64,000 nucleotides of DNA from assembly GCA_964016885.1 (NCBI GenBank), contig OZ024741.1:268150001-268214000 (forward strand). The letters run 5' to 3'. Under the pieces are notes generated by a model. That model was not told where the DNA came from and did no database searches. It saw only the letters and a list, made by a program, of their open reading frames with translations. Below are positions 28,836 through 42,269 of this stretch, piece by piece (within the stretch, counting starts at the first letter, position 1; the number at the start of each line of letters is the position of its first letter). A program made the translations under genes and the position numbers. This DNA is from Eledone cirrhosa (Eukaryota).

Positions 28836-29235
28836 ATACGTATTTGACAAAATGGTCACCACCTCCAATGCAGCCCTAGAAGCAAGCAGTTTCAAGAAGA
28901 GAATTAGCTATAGCCCTAAACCAGCAAAGCCAAAATAAACCAGAGTCCCAAGAACAATCTGGTTCATGCCTCCTTCTCACTGAACATCAAGACCAACATC
29001 AGCAAAACATTCTAATAGACAAACTTTTCCCAACTAGACATCCTTACAGAAAACTATTCAACAAACACAACCTTAAAGTCAGTTTTACTCAAACTTTAAA
29101 TCCATTGTAACCAATAAGCCACCACTACTGAACCTAACCAGATGCTTGTGTAGGATCAGAAATACATGCCCTCTGGAGGAGTCGTGTAAAGACAGAGGCC
29201 ATAGTCTATGAGGCAACAGTGAAATCATCAAACAC
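28836..29235 (+). mobile_element. Naiad-like Penelope element remnant (RT-EN linker region), frameshifted
   Basis: Pieces RTIWFMPP / SLNIKTNISKTF / LIDKLFPTRHPYRKLFNKHNLKVSF / CLCRIRNTCPLEESCK / TEAIVYEATV match the IIWFNPP...N.KTN...HFP...FN...KVSY and CxCxxxxxCPLxxxC...VY motifs. Confidence 0.75.
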
Positions 29236-29419
29236 AATGCTTTTTTCATCCAAAAAAACAGGCTATCACCTTCCCTGAAATGACCTTGGCTTTCTTAGGA
29301 GCAGGTGAGGAGGGGGGTGTTTGCACTGCATACATTGTCTCTTTCACTCTAGCTCAAAGTGATAAACCCAACTCAAGTGATTTTCTAATTCATCCTGGGT
29401 AAGGAAACCAGTTGGATCT

Positions 29420-29630
29420 GCCTCGAATAATTTCCTTACGGACCACCAGATGACAGATTGGGGTACCCTATCAAAGGCCTTCTGTAGGTCAACAAAAACT
29501 AAGTATAGTGGCTTATTCTTCTCTAAGAACCTCTCTTGTAGTTGCCTCACTAAGAAGAGGGCATCTGTTGTAATTTTCCGAGGCACAAAACCAAACTGCA
29601 TCTCATCTAATTTGACCCTTTCTCCAATAG
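29420..29630 (-). mobile_element. RTE LINE RT fragment
   Basis: QFGFVPRKITTDALFLVRQLQE...YLVFVDLQKAFDRVP. Confidence 0.85.
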
Positions 29631-30522
29631 AGTATCAACATATGTCAACCTCGGTCTCCTTCTTCCAGTGTGTTTATGCAGGGGCTCCCACAGGAGCAGT
29701 GATTGCTGTGTCAACTCTGGACGTCAGTGAGCATGTCCAGCTAACCTCAGTCTCCACTGTGCCACTCTCGAACTGACTTTAGGGAGGCTCCCATACTGCT
29801 CTGAGTTCTTCATCCTCAGTGTATACTGATTAACATTCAGAGCCATCCTCAGCATTCTCGTGTAGCACCCATCCACCATCTGAATGAGTTTCTTGGTCAG
29901 TATCCAAGTCTCAGACCCGTACAGAAGCACAGACTCCACTTCAGCAATGAAGAGACAGATGTTCAGGTCTTTACGAAGGTCCGACTTCCACACCGATCTC
30001 AAACTGTGGAATGCCGCCCAGGCTTTGTTCTTCCTCTCGACCACATCATCTTTTGTATTCCCAATCTTTGCTCCCAGATACAGGAAGTCCTCAACCAATT
30101 CTAGTGGCTTCCCGCCTACATTAGTAATCTTCTCTGGCTTCTTAATATTCTCTACCAGATACTTTGTCTTAATCTCATTCCTTCTCAGTCTCACACTCAT
30201 CGACACAGTCTCCACCTCCTGCATCAACTCCTCTGCCTCCTTCACTGTTTTTATCACCGGAACTATGTCGTTGGCAAATTCAGCATCCGATATCTTTTTT
30301 GCCTTAACTCTCCTGCTCTGAACCAGTGTTACAGTAAAACCAGAGTCCTGGTGTTTCTCCAGCGCAAGGCACATACAATAGTCCACTGTGATGATAAAAA
30401 GGTAGGGAGCCAATGTATCTCCCTGGAGCACTCCAGCCAGTATCTCAAAGAACTCCGTCATCCCATCAGGTGATTGACTTGGGCTTTGGTGTTGGTGTAG
30501 AGCAGTGATATCAGGTCCACTA
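29630..30522 (-). mobile_element. RTE-like LINE RT fragment (second family)
   Basis: GVLQGDTLAPYLF, EFANDI (degenerate YADD), FLYLG, ESVLLYGSETW and LRLAGH. Confidence 0.88.
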
Positions 30523-30770
30523 TAGTAATAGTGGTGGTGGTGGTGGTCGTCGTCGTCGTTGTGTCGTCATGGTAGTAGTAGTAGTGGTGGTGGTGGTGGT
30601 GGTGGTGGCGGTGGTAGTAGTGGTGGTGGTGGTGGTGGTGGTGGTGGTGGTAGTAGTAGTAGTAGTAATGGTGGTGGTGCTTATGGTGGTGGTGGTGGTG
30701 GCGGCAGTGGTAGTAGTAGTAGTAGTAGTAGTAGTAATGGTGGTGGTGGTGGGATGGGTGGGGGTAGGTG
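30522..30770. repeat. (GGT)n/(AGT)n compound microsatellite
   Basis: Read directly from the sequence. Confidence 0.95.
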
Positions 30771-31109
30771 TAAGATAGAAGGAGAGAAAGAAGAGAAGAA
30801 ATGAGATTCATTCATTCAAAAATCTTCCATGAGGTAAGTTTCTAAAAAAAACTCTGGGGATGCCCTCTCCCCCTTCATTCTCCATTTTTAAAACGCGATT
30901 CCTTTCTGACAGGTTTTCAGGTCAGATTCGTTGAAAACACACAAAGAAACCTGAGAGGAAAAATAAGTTCCCATCGAACATAAGTCAGGTGTAGATCTTA
31001 AATTTACCTGACAAATAATATCGGGGCTTCCTTTTCATGCTGGTTACTGCCAAAACTTCAGATGTCCTCAGTCTCCAAACTGCTATTTCCCTCCCCAAAA
31101 TCAGTAAGA

Positions 31110-31275
31110 CTGAAGCCCGCCTGAGGAAGGATCCACATAAAGTAGGGTGGTTGTTGCTGGCTATTCTCTGCAGCTTGCCATTTTGTCTACAGGGCACAGT
31201 TGAAATATACTACCGTTCAGACTGGGGTGTAGAGTCTGTCACTTCGTCCTCACTTTCCCTTTCTTTCGTTGCTTA
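31110..31275. repeat. Unclassified dispersed repeat, second copy at ~33957-34130
   Basis: Both copies share ctgaggaagg...gggtgg.tgttgc...ttttgtc.aca.gg..cagt...ggtgtagag.ctg.ca...ttctttcgttg. Confidence 0.6.
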
Positions 31276-31413
31276 ATTTCTTTTTTTCTTTTTCTTCTCT
31301 ATCTTATTCGTTCCCTTAATGCCATTTACATTCTACTATTTATGTGAATAAATATTTTACGATGAAAAAAATATAAATGACTTCCTCATTACACCAAATT
31401 TTCTTGAAATAAT

Positions 31414-31815
31414 TGTTTCTACTTTTGGCACAAGGCCAGCAATTATCCAGTGCATTACTGGTACTTTATTTTATCGACTCCGTAAGGATGAAAGGCAAAG
31501 TTAACCTCGGCGGGATTTGAACTCAAACCATAAAGGGGCGTAACTCTTTGCTGCAAAGCATAGCGTCAGACCCTCTACCGATACTGCCAATCCACCGCCC
31601 TTGGATTTTTGAAATTTTCTTGAAATAATTGTTTCTACTTTAGGCACAAGGCCAGCAAATTACCCAGTGCATTACTGGTACTTTATTTTATCGACCCCGT
31701 AAGGATGAAAGGCAAAGTCAACCTCGGCGGGATTTGAACTCAGATCATAAAGGGACGTAACTATGCTGGAAAGCATGGCGTCCGACCCTCTACCGATACT
31801 GCCAATCCACCACCC
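31414..31815 (-). mobile_element. Tandem pair of SINE family 1 copies (31414-31600 and 31630-31815)
   Basis: Both are full length. The 18-mer aaattttcttgaaataat occurs before, between and after them. Confidence 0.9.
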
Positions 31816-33720
31816 TAAATTTTCTTGAAATAATGTTGAAAGTTAAGGGTAGGTAATTCTTGTTTGTAAAGTCTTCTCCCCTTAAATTATAAGGGAGATT
31901 ATCACGCCTGTAACGTATTTTTTATTTGATCAATTTAAATGTCCAAATAGAGCTGAAAGCCATAATAGACGAGGAGGAGTATCTAACACCCTTTATAATT
32001 AAGAAACAAAACCAAGAAAGAAAAAAAGAAGGCAAATATATCATTTATGGTTGGTAAATCTTTAATAATATATTGTACTTCTAATCTAGGTAGTTTTTTA
32101 AAGACCAGCTTCAAGATGTCCCCTCATTCAAACTAGTAATTTTTACACTGGAACAAATAATGTCTGGATAGTTTCCACAAGTGCATAGAGAGGATTCTAT
32201 ATGACTAGTTCTTGATAAAATATAGTCTTTATAAAATATAGGTATATGGCTCATTTGAATCCAACATAGTCTTTGTATATTAACCTTATTCAGTACTTGA
32301 TATATTTTAAATGTTGACAGATCTGACTGAGATAATTAAGGATTAAAATTTGATAGCTTCCCTCTAGATTCTTCCTCAAAAGTTTTCCCACCCTTCACTA
32401 ATTATGTTTTTGCTAAATGATTTGATTTATGATAGATTTGGAATGTAATTTATATCTATTACTTCCCTTTGTCCTCCCTCTTTTGCTCATTCATCTGCTC
32501 TGCCGTTTCCCTTAATATCTGTATGACTTGTTGTCCAAATTATTGTTATTTATTATTTTCTGATAAATAATTACTTCTTTTTAGCAGGACACCCTCAATA
32601 TCTATAACCCAACCTCTTTTTCCTGACTGAAGTAGTCGGTGGTTTGATAAACTATCAGTGAACAGAAAACATTTTCCCCATAGCCTTTCTTTAGTCAAGC
32701 CCATGAATAATATCATTCCCCACCGCCTGGCATTAAATATTGTAAAATCCTGGCGTAATCTGAGGTGTATGTTTGTATTATTGTTTATAGAAGACCGTAT
32801 AGCTCTACATCATATTCCATTGTCTGAATGTGAACCATCTGTATAACTGACCCATTTGTTAAAGCATTTTTTTTTTTATTATTTTAAATTATTTGAATTG
32901 TTCTGCCCATGGAGGTATCCAAATGCTATAGTGTTGTTTTCTTTTCTATTTAAAGTGAACAGTTAGCACTTAGCACTTCCTAGATTCTTCTATTAATAGG
33001 TGAGTAGGGGGTTAACCCAGCTTCATGACAAATAGCTATTTAGGGAGTAGATTTTAACCCAATATGGTATCCCCTATTTGAGTATGAAACAGTGGACAGT
33101 ATCACCTGTAAGAATGGAATCACACTACTATTACACCAAAGTGAGACTGGTCACTTACCCATCACTTATCTATCAGCTAGTAGATATAAACAAGTAATCA
33201 TATTCACAAACCGTTTTTCCATCTCTAGAGTCTTATATGCCCAACTTGTTCAAGTATTTTTCACAGTCTAAATACATGCATTGATGCAGCTTGCATACTT
33301 TTAAAATTCAAAATCTGCTAAATGCTTCATGAATACAATTGATTATTTATGTGTGTGTCTCTGTTCATATATATATATGTCTGTGTGTGTGTGTGTGCAT
33401 GTGTTTGTGTGTATATTCATATATGTGTGTGTGTTGTATTAAAAACACAATTGTGTTCAAGTTTAATTTTCTTTTATTCAGGATTTTCCATATTCCCTCC
33501 TCAATTCTTTATGTTTGGTATAAAACAACAGCCAACAGCCAACCTAAATCCATAAGTTAGGACTAGAACACTTCCATATATGCAGCAAGTATCCCAGGGT
33601 CACAAGCATTTCACTCTTAAGCCCTGTACACCTCACTTGAGTAGGACAGTGAAAACTGAATTAGCTTCCACCTGCAGAGTTCTAATTATGGTCTCTCTCA
33701 TCAACCACAACCTAGTTTAA

Positions 33721-33941
33721 CCCTTTAGCATTTAATCCAGCTATATCTGGCCAGAATTCTCTCACCTCTTTCTGTTGAAACCGACCGTAACTGGCCACTC
33801 ATACTGACATTAAGGTATTGTTCTCAAAATAAATAATATCCAAATCTCATAAATTCAATACTATGTGAGATAATTATGTAAGGTAAAGCCTTTACCACAA
33901 AAATATAATAGTAAATATAGAGTAATGTAAATGCTAAAGGG
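33721..33941. mobile_element. piggyBac-like MITE
   Basis: 14-bp TIR ccctttagcattta/taaatgctaaaggg with TTAA on both sides. Same family as 7416-7614. Confidence 0.85.
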
Positions 33942-34819
33942 TTAAATGGAATGACAGCAGCCTGTCTGAGGAAGGCGCCCCATGAGGTGGGGTGGCTGTT
34001 GCAGCAGATGTCATTAGCCATTTTCTGTGGCAATGCCTTTGCCATTTTGTCCACAAGGGTACAGTCAAAACACCACTCTGACTTAGGTGTAGAGACTGCC
34101 ATCCTCTCCCCACTCCTTTCTTTCGTTGTTTAACAATCCTAGCTTTTTCCCTTCATTTCCTCTCATTTAAACATCAGCGTCATAAATAGATGTTTAAAAT
34201 TAATCACACATGATAACAAAATAAATAATAGATAAACAAACATTAATGTAGGAAATACATAAATGGCCCCAGTATCAACTGCACTATATAGGTGTATAAT
34301 AATATAATATTTATTATCTGTGAAGTCATCTGTTGTTTTTGGCAAGATTGAAGAGGTCAGAGTTCAAACATTGATCTGTTTACTTACAATAAGTTGTTGA
34401 GATCAGACTAAACTGATGAATAGAGATGACGCTTTAAAGTTTACCACATTAATCACTGGTACTCATCTGATATAGTGTGTGTCAACAGTTGCCATTTAGA
34501 GATAAGTCAGCCATGATTAAGCAGACCTATGAGGAAAGGCAGTCCAGCTATCACTACCATGTCTTTTGTTTTAAAAAAATTGGATGATATATATATAGTG
34601 TGTTATATAGTATAATGATATAGTATAGTGTTATAGTATAGTGGCATGTAGTCATCATCATTATCATCATCACCGTTTTACATCCATTCTTCTACGCTAG
34701 CATGAGTTGGACGAGTTGTCCTGTTGAGGGCAGTGCCAAGTCGGGTGACCTTGTCTTGCTCATATAGGAACTGATTTTGCTTTGATTTCTACAGCTGAAT
34801 GCCCTTCCTAACACTAAAT

Positions 34820-37800
34820 GTAATGCATTACATAATACAATGTTATAGTATAGTGACATGTAGTATTTTACATAATACAATGTTATAGTATAGTGACATG
34901 TAGTATATTACATAATACAGTGGTATAGTATAGTGACATGTAGTATATTACATAATACAGTGTTATAGTATAGTGACATGTAGTATATTACATAATACAG
35001 TGGTATAGTATAGTGACATGTAGTATATTATATAATACAGTGTTATAGTATAGTGACATGTAGTATATTACATAATACAGTGTTATAGTATAGTGACATG
35101 TAGTATATTATATAATACAGTGTTATAGTATAGTGACATGTAGTATATTACATAATGCAGTGTTATAGTATAGTGACATGTAGTATATTACATAATACAG
35201 TGTTAGAGTGTAGTGGCATGTAGTATATTATATATTGCAGTGTTATAGTATAGTGACATGTAGTATATTATATAATACAATGTTATAGAATAGCGACATG
35301 TAGTATATTATATAATACAGTGTTAGAGTGTAGTGGCATGTAGTATATTATATATTGCAGTGTTATAGTATAGTGACATGTAGTATATTATATAATACAA
35401 TGTTATAGAATAGCGACATGTAGTATATTATATAATACAGTGTTATAGTATAGTGACATGTAGTATATTACATAATACAGTGTTATTGTATAGTGACATG
35501 TAGTATATTATATAATACAGTGTTATAGTAGAGTGATATGTAGTATATTACATAATACAGTGTTATAGTATAGTGACATGTAGTATATTATATAATACAG
35601 TGCTATAGTATAGTGACATGTAGTATATTATATATTGCAGTGTTATAGTATAGTGACATGTAGTATATTATATAATACAGTGTTATAGTATAGTGACATG
35701 TAGTATATTATATAATACAGTGTTATAGTATAGTGATATGTAGTATATTACATAATACAGTGTTATAGTATAGTGACATGTAGTATATTATATAATACAG
35801 TGTTATAGTATAGTGACATGTAGTATATTATATATTGCAGTGTTATAGTATAGTGACATGTATATTATATATTGCAGTGTTATAGTATAGTGACATGTAG
35901 TATATTATATAATACAGTGTTATAGTATAGTGATATGTAGTATATTATATAATACAGTGTTATAGCGACATGTAGTATATTATATAATACAGTGTTATAG
36001 TATAGTGACATGTAGTATATTATATATTGCAGTGTTATAGTATAGTGACATGTAGTATATTATATATTGCAGTGTTATAGTATAGTGACATGTAGTATAT
36101 TATATATTGCAGTGTTATAGTATAGTGACATGTAGTATATTACATAATACAGTGTTATTGTATAGTGACATGTAGTATATTATATAATACAGTGTTATAG
36201 TAGAGTGATATGTAGTATATTATATAATACAGTGTTATAGTATAGTGACATGTAGTATATTATATAATACAGTGTTATAGTATAGTGACATGTAGTATAT
36301 TATATATTGCAGTGTTATAGTATAGTGACATGTATATTATATATTGCAGTGTTATAGTATAGTGACATGTAGTATATTATATAATACAGTGTTATAGTAT
36401 AGTGATATGTAGTATATTATATATTGCAGTGTTATAGTATAGTGACATGTAGTATATTATATATTGCAGTGTTATAGTATAGTGACATGTAGTATATTAT
36501 ATATTGCAGTGTTATAGTATAGTGACATGTATATTATATATTGCAGTGTTATAGTATAGTGACATGTAGTATATTATATAATACAGTGTTATAGTATAGT
36601 GACATGTAGTATATTATATATTGCAGTGTTATAGTATAGTGACATGTAGTATATTATATATTGCAGTGTTATAGTATAGTGACATGTAGTATATTATATA
36701 ATACAGTGTTATAGTATAGTGACATGTAGTATATTATATAATACAGTGTTATAGTATAGTGACATGTAGTATATTATATATTGCAGTGTTATAGTATAGT
36801 GACATGTATATTATATATTGCAGTGTTATAGTATAGTGACATGTAGTATATTATATAATACAGTGTTATAGTATAGTGATATGTAGTATATTATATAATA
36901 CAGTGTTATAGCGACATGTAGTATATTATATAATACAGTGTTATAGTATAGTGACATGTAGTATATTATATATTGCAGTGTTATAGTATAGTGACATGTA
37001 GTATATTATATATTGCAGTGTTATAGTATAGTGATATGTAGTATATTATATATTGCAGTGTTATAGTATAGTGACATGTAGTATATTATATAATACAGTG
37101 TTAGAGTGTAGTGACATGTAGTATATTATATAATACAATGTTATAGTATAGCGACATGTAGTATATTATATATTGCAGTGTTATAGTATAGTGACATGTA
37201 GTATATTATATATTGCAGTGTTATAGTATAGTGATATGTAGTATATTATATATTGCAGTGTTATAGTATAGTGACATGTAGTATATTATATAATACAGTG
37301 TTAGAGTGTAGTGACATGTAGTATATTATATAATACAGTGTTAGAGTGTAGTGACATGTAGTATATTATATATTGCAGTGTTATAGTATAGTGACATGTA
37401 GTATATTATATAATACAGTGTTATAGTATAGTGACATGTAGTATATTATATAATACAGTGTTATAGTATAGTGACATGTAGTATATTATATATTGCAGTG
37501 TTATAGTATAGTGACATGTAGTATATTATATATTGCAGTGTTATAGTATAGTGATATGTAGTATATTATATATTGCAGTGTTATAGTATAGTGACATGTA
37601 GTATATTATATAATACAGTGTTAGAGTGTAGTGACATGTAGTATATTATATAATACAGTGTTAGAGTGTAGTGACATGTAGTATATTATATATTGCAGTG
37701 TTATAGTATAGTGACATGTAGTATATTATATAATACAGTGTTATAGTATAGTGACATGTAGTATATTATATAATACAATGTTATAGTATAGCGACATGTA

Positions 37801-37917
37801 GTATATTATATAATACAATGTTATAGTGACATGTAGTTTATTATATAATACAGTGTTATAGTAAAGTGACATGTAGTATATTACATAATACAGTGTTATA
37901 GTATAGTGACATGTAGT
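34820..37917. repeat. 40-bp satellite, block 1
   Basis: Unit tgttatagtatagtgacatgtagtatattayataatacag with variants. Confidence 0.97.
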
Positions 37918-38210
37918 CATCATCATCATCATCATCATCATCATTTAACGTCCATCTTCCACGATAGCATGGGTTTGGATGGGAATTTTCCCACTTGAGG
38001 CAAGATTGGTTATCTTGCTCGTATAGGACTGTCTGGCGGATTTTCTACAGCTGGATGCCCTTCCTAACACCAACCATGTTTACAGTGTGGACTGGGAGGT
38101 TTTTACTGTGTTACCTACACGGCCACATTACAGCGTGGACTGTGTGTTTTTTTCGCTGTGACACCTACACGCCCTCATTTGTTTCGGACTGGATGCTGTG
38201 GCACCAACAT
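37918..38210 (-). mobile_element. SINE family 2 copy interrupting the 40-bp satellite
   Basis: (CAT)n tail, tttaacgtcc, and tttctacagctggatgcccttcctaacaccaacc. Confidence 0.8.
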
Positions 38211-38284
38211 AACTTTACATTGGAAGGGGTGGTGTGGATGGGGTAGGGGTAGTGGGGTCGGGTGTATTTTTGTTAGAGGTGCCT

Positions 38285-39910
38285 ATATTACATAATAGTA
38301 GTATATTACATAATACAGTGTTATATTATAGTGACATGTAGTATATTATATAATACAGTGTTATAGTATAGTGACATGTATTATATTACATAATACAGTG
38401 TTATTGTATAGTGACATGTAGTATATTATATAATACAGTGTTATAGTATAGTGACATGTAGTATATTATATAATACAGTGTTATAGTATAGTGACATGTA
38501 GTATATTACATAATACAGTGTTATAGTATAGTGACATGTAGTATATTATATATTGCAGTGTTATAGTATAGTGACATGTAGTATATTATATAATACAGTG
38601 TTATAGTATAGTGATATGTAGTATATTATATATTGCAGTGTTATAGTGACATGTAGTATATTGTATAATACAGTGTTATAGTATAGTGACATGTAGTATA
38701 TTATATATTGCAGTGTTATAGTATAGTGACATGTAGTATATTATATAATACAGTGTTATAGTATAGTGATATGTAGTATATTATATATTGCAGTGTTATA
38801 GTGACATGTAGTATATTGTATAATACAGTGTTATAGTATAGTGACATGTAGTATATTATATATTGCAGTGTTATAGTATAGTGACATGTAGTATATTATA
38901 TAATACAGTGTTATAGTATAGTGATATGTAGTATATTATATATTGCAGTGTTATAGTGACATGTAGTATATTGTATAATACAGTGTTATAGTATAGTGAC
39001 ATGTAGTATATTATATATTGCAGTGTTATAGTATAGTGACATGTAGTATATTATATAATACAGTGTTATAGTATAGTGATATGTAGTATATTATATATTG
39101 CAGTGTTATAGTGACATGTAGTATATTGTATAATACAGTGTTATAGTATAGTGACATGTAGTATATTATATATTGCAGTGTTATAGTATAGTGACATGTA
39201 GTATATTATATAATACAGTGTTATAGTATAGTGATATGTAGTATATTATATATTGCAGTGTTATAGTGACATGTAGTATATTGTATAATACAGTGTTATA
39301 GTATAGTGACATGTAGTATATTATATATTGCAGTGTTATAGTATAGTGACATGTAGTATATTATATAATACAGTGTTATAGTATAGTGATATGTAGTATA
39401 TTATATATTGCAGTGTTATAGTGACATGTAGTATATTGTATAATACAGTGCTATAGTATAGTGACATGTAGTATATTATATAATACAGTGTTATAGTATA
39501 GTGACATGTAGTATATTACATAATACAGTGTTATAGTATAGTGACATGTAGTATATTATATAATACAATGTCATAGTATAGTGACATGTAGTATATTATA
39601 TAATACAATGTCATAGTATAGTGACATGTAGTATATTATATAATACAGTGTTATAGTATAGTGACATGTAGTATATTATATATTGCAGTGTTATAGTATA
39701 GTGAAATATTGTGTGTTGCATAGTATAATGACATAATAGTGTTATAGTATAGTGGCATATAGTGTGTTGTATAGTATAGTAACATGTAGTATGTTGTAAA
39801 GTTTAGTGTTATAGTATAGTGACATATAGTGTGTTATAGTATAGTAATATATAGTGTGTTATATAGTATAGTGGCATGCAATGTGTTATATAGTATAGTG
39901 ACTTGTAGTA
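38285..39910. repeat. 40-bp satellite, block 2, with a 155-bp higher-order repeat
   Basis: A 5-bp-deleted monomer recurs at 38641, 38796, 38951, 39106, 39261 and 39416. Confidence 0.95.
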
Positions 39911-40181
39911 TCAAACATAGTTGACCTTTGTCAACATTCCCCAATAATACAGCGACCTCTATAATGGGAACCACAGCAGTAGCATGTGATTTAGAACAAC
40001 AAGGAGACCCTTCCACGTCCCACATATTGACTCAATGGTTGATAGTTAACATAAACCTAGCATCTTCTGGCTTCACTTAAAATATTTACCATTTCAGTCA
40101 TTTAAGGATTGTCTTCCCACTGACACTTAATGGTGTTTATTCTGTGTTTGTGTGCATGTACATGGATATACAAAAGTATGA

Positions 40182-40223
<42 letters not shown>

Positions 40224-40273
40224 TATGTGTGTGTGTGTATATATATACATATATATATATTTATATATATACG

Positions 40274-40355
<82 letters not shown>

Positions 40356-40512
40356 CATGAATATATATATATATTTATATATATAGGGAGTGAAACTTGG
40401 AGTTACTGTAGGTTCACCCGGGTGAACACTCGATGTTTAGGTTCACTTCAGTGTCGAGGTGTAGAGCTATACCGAGTGTATTATATTGAAAAGATAACTC
40501 TTTGCTTGTATG

Positions 40513-40605
<93 letters not shown>

Positions 40606-40629
40606 GTGTGTGTGTGTATATATATATAT

Positions 40630-40840
40630 ATAAGCAAAGAGTTATTTAATTTGTTGGTTATTCAACAAATTTATTTATAACAGATTCAAAGCACTCTACA
40701 GTATTCTTCTGGAGTATAATATCAATAATATTAATAAATGTAAACTATCTTTATAAAACCATATTTATTTTATTATATATAATAAAATAAATATGGTTTT
40801 ATAAAAGATAGTTTCCATTTATTAATATTATTGATATAAA
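40630..40840. mobile_element. Palindromic element in (TA)n related to families A and C (no ribozyme core)
   Basis: Inverted arms of ~58 bp spanning 40719-40837, centred on ttattat|ataataa. Bulged hairpin at 40693-40715 on the minus strand. Confidence 0.7.
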
Positions 40841-40899
40841 TATATATACATATAATCTTGCTAACAGAGGAATGATGAATGTAAATATTAAATTTTGTT

Positions 40900-42260
40900 A
40901 TTCCCTTTGCATGGCTTCCTGCTTCATCTAGATTTGATATCCCCCCACCCTGATCCAAGCTGCTCACACCCGCACCCGTGAAACAGACCGCACCACAGCC
41001 CTGTCACCTCACCTTCACCCTCCCAACACCCGTGTTCCTTTCCCTCTCACCTACCACCCCATCACCCTACCACTCCGGCGACATATCCTCCATTCCTTCC
41101 GTATCCTCTCTTCTGACCCCATCACTTCTCGCTTTTTTCCAAACCCACCCATTACTGCTTTTAAGCGCACCCGCAACCTCTGTGACCTCCTGGTTCGCAG
41201 TCCCTTTTCGTCCTCTCCCACGACTCCACCCGGCTCTCATCCTTGTTCCCGTTCCCACTGCAACACTTGTCCCTTTATTTCCACCCTCCACCCTTACCTC
41301 TCTTACAGGCCCTAACGGGTCTTTCCGTATCCGCCATTCCTTCACCTGCACATCCACCCACGTTGTCTATGCCCTCCGGTGTACCCTTTGCGAGTCTTTA
41401 TATATCAGACAAACGGGACGCCATATAGCGGACCATTTTGCCAAACATTTGAGGGACATACGACTCGGTTTGGATACTCCTGTCGCCCATCATTTCTATT
41501 CTCCTGGTCATTCTTCCCTACATGTTTCAGTCCTGGGTGTCCTTTTACATCATGGATCACAGGCCTCGCGCACCAGGACTGCACAAAGTCTGATTCACCG
41601 CCTTGGGTCCTATTCCCCTCTTGGACTCAACCCACCTCCCCAATTTCTCTAATATTCCGTCCATTATCACACCCCTAGATTCCTATCGCTTTCTCTTGAT
41701 CATTAGCAGCTTCTCTTACAACTAATACATGCTGACTATATATGCTCACTACACTTTTCCCTTCACTGCTCTGTATACACACATACACACCCTTATATTA
41801 ACATACTTTTGCTCATAGCTTCGTACTTACATACACACACACTCTTTTACTCACATATAGACACACATTTCTTCTTAGCTTATTATAGACGTATAATAAC
41901 ACACACACACACATGCACAAGTATAACTCTTTTTAAAAAACGGTTTTTTTTCCACTTAAGATAGACGCGTTCCATCATCAACTTTTCTAAAAAATAAATC
42001 ATACACAAAACGCCAGCACCAACAGTTTTGCAAGAGATGTCAACATGAATGGACCTGTTATTTTTATCTAAAGACATTTTTTCAAATTCCAACCCGCCCG
42101 TCACCTCAATCTGTCTTATTTCTCATTCTTTCTTCTGATGAAGGATTAGCGTCTGAAACGTTATGACCCTCTTCTTGCTATATCAAGCGTTAACCTAATA
42201 TATCCCTTCCATATACTGTACCGATTGTGTTGTTATTTCTGTTTACCTTTTACATATATA
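40900..42260 (+). mobile_element. Neptune-like Penelope element, 5'-truncated (linker Zn finger, GIY-YIG, 3' region with hammerhead)
   Basis: One frame reads RVPFPLTYHP...DP...FFPNPPITAFKRTRNLCDLLVRS...PCSRSHCNTCPFI. After a frameshift it reads FTCTSTHVVYALRCTLC...YIRQTGR...H...PVAHHF...GHS...PLGLN (stop at 41652). Confidence 0.88.
42131..42167 (+). ncRNA. Minimal hammerhead motif in the 3' end of a Penelope-like element
   Basis: tctt-CTGATGA-aggattagcgtct-GAAA-cg-TT-atga, with palindromic ACGT stem III and one mismatch in stem I. It lies ~480 bp downstream of a GIY-YIG ORF. Confidence 0.6.
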
Positions 42261-42269
42261 TATAATATA

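Noticed and set aside
30458-30811. Poly-His, poly-Gly and poly-Val ORFs
   Set aside because: Trinucleotide microsatellite abutting an RTE fragment.
32050-33000. Possible old L1/Tx1-like LINE remnant on the minus strand
   Set aside because: Composition is suggestive but I could not recover a diagnostic motif.
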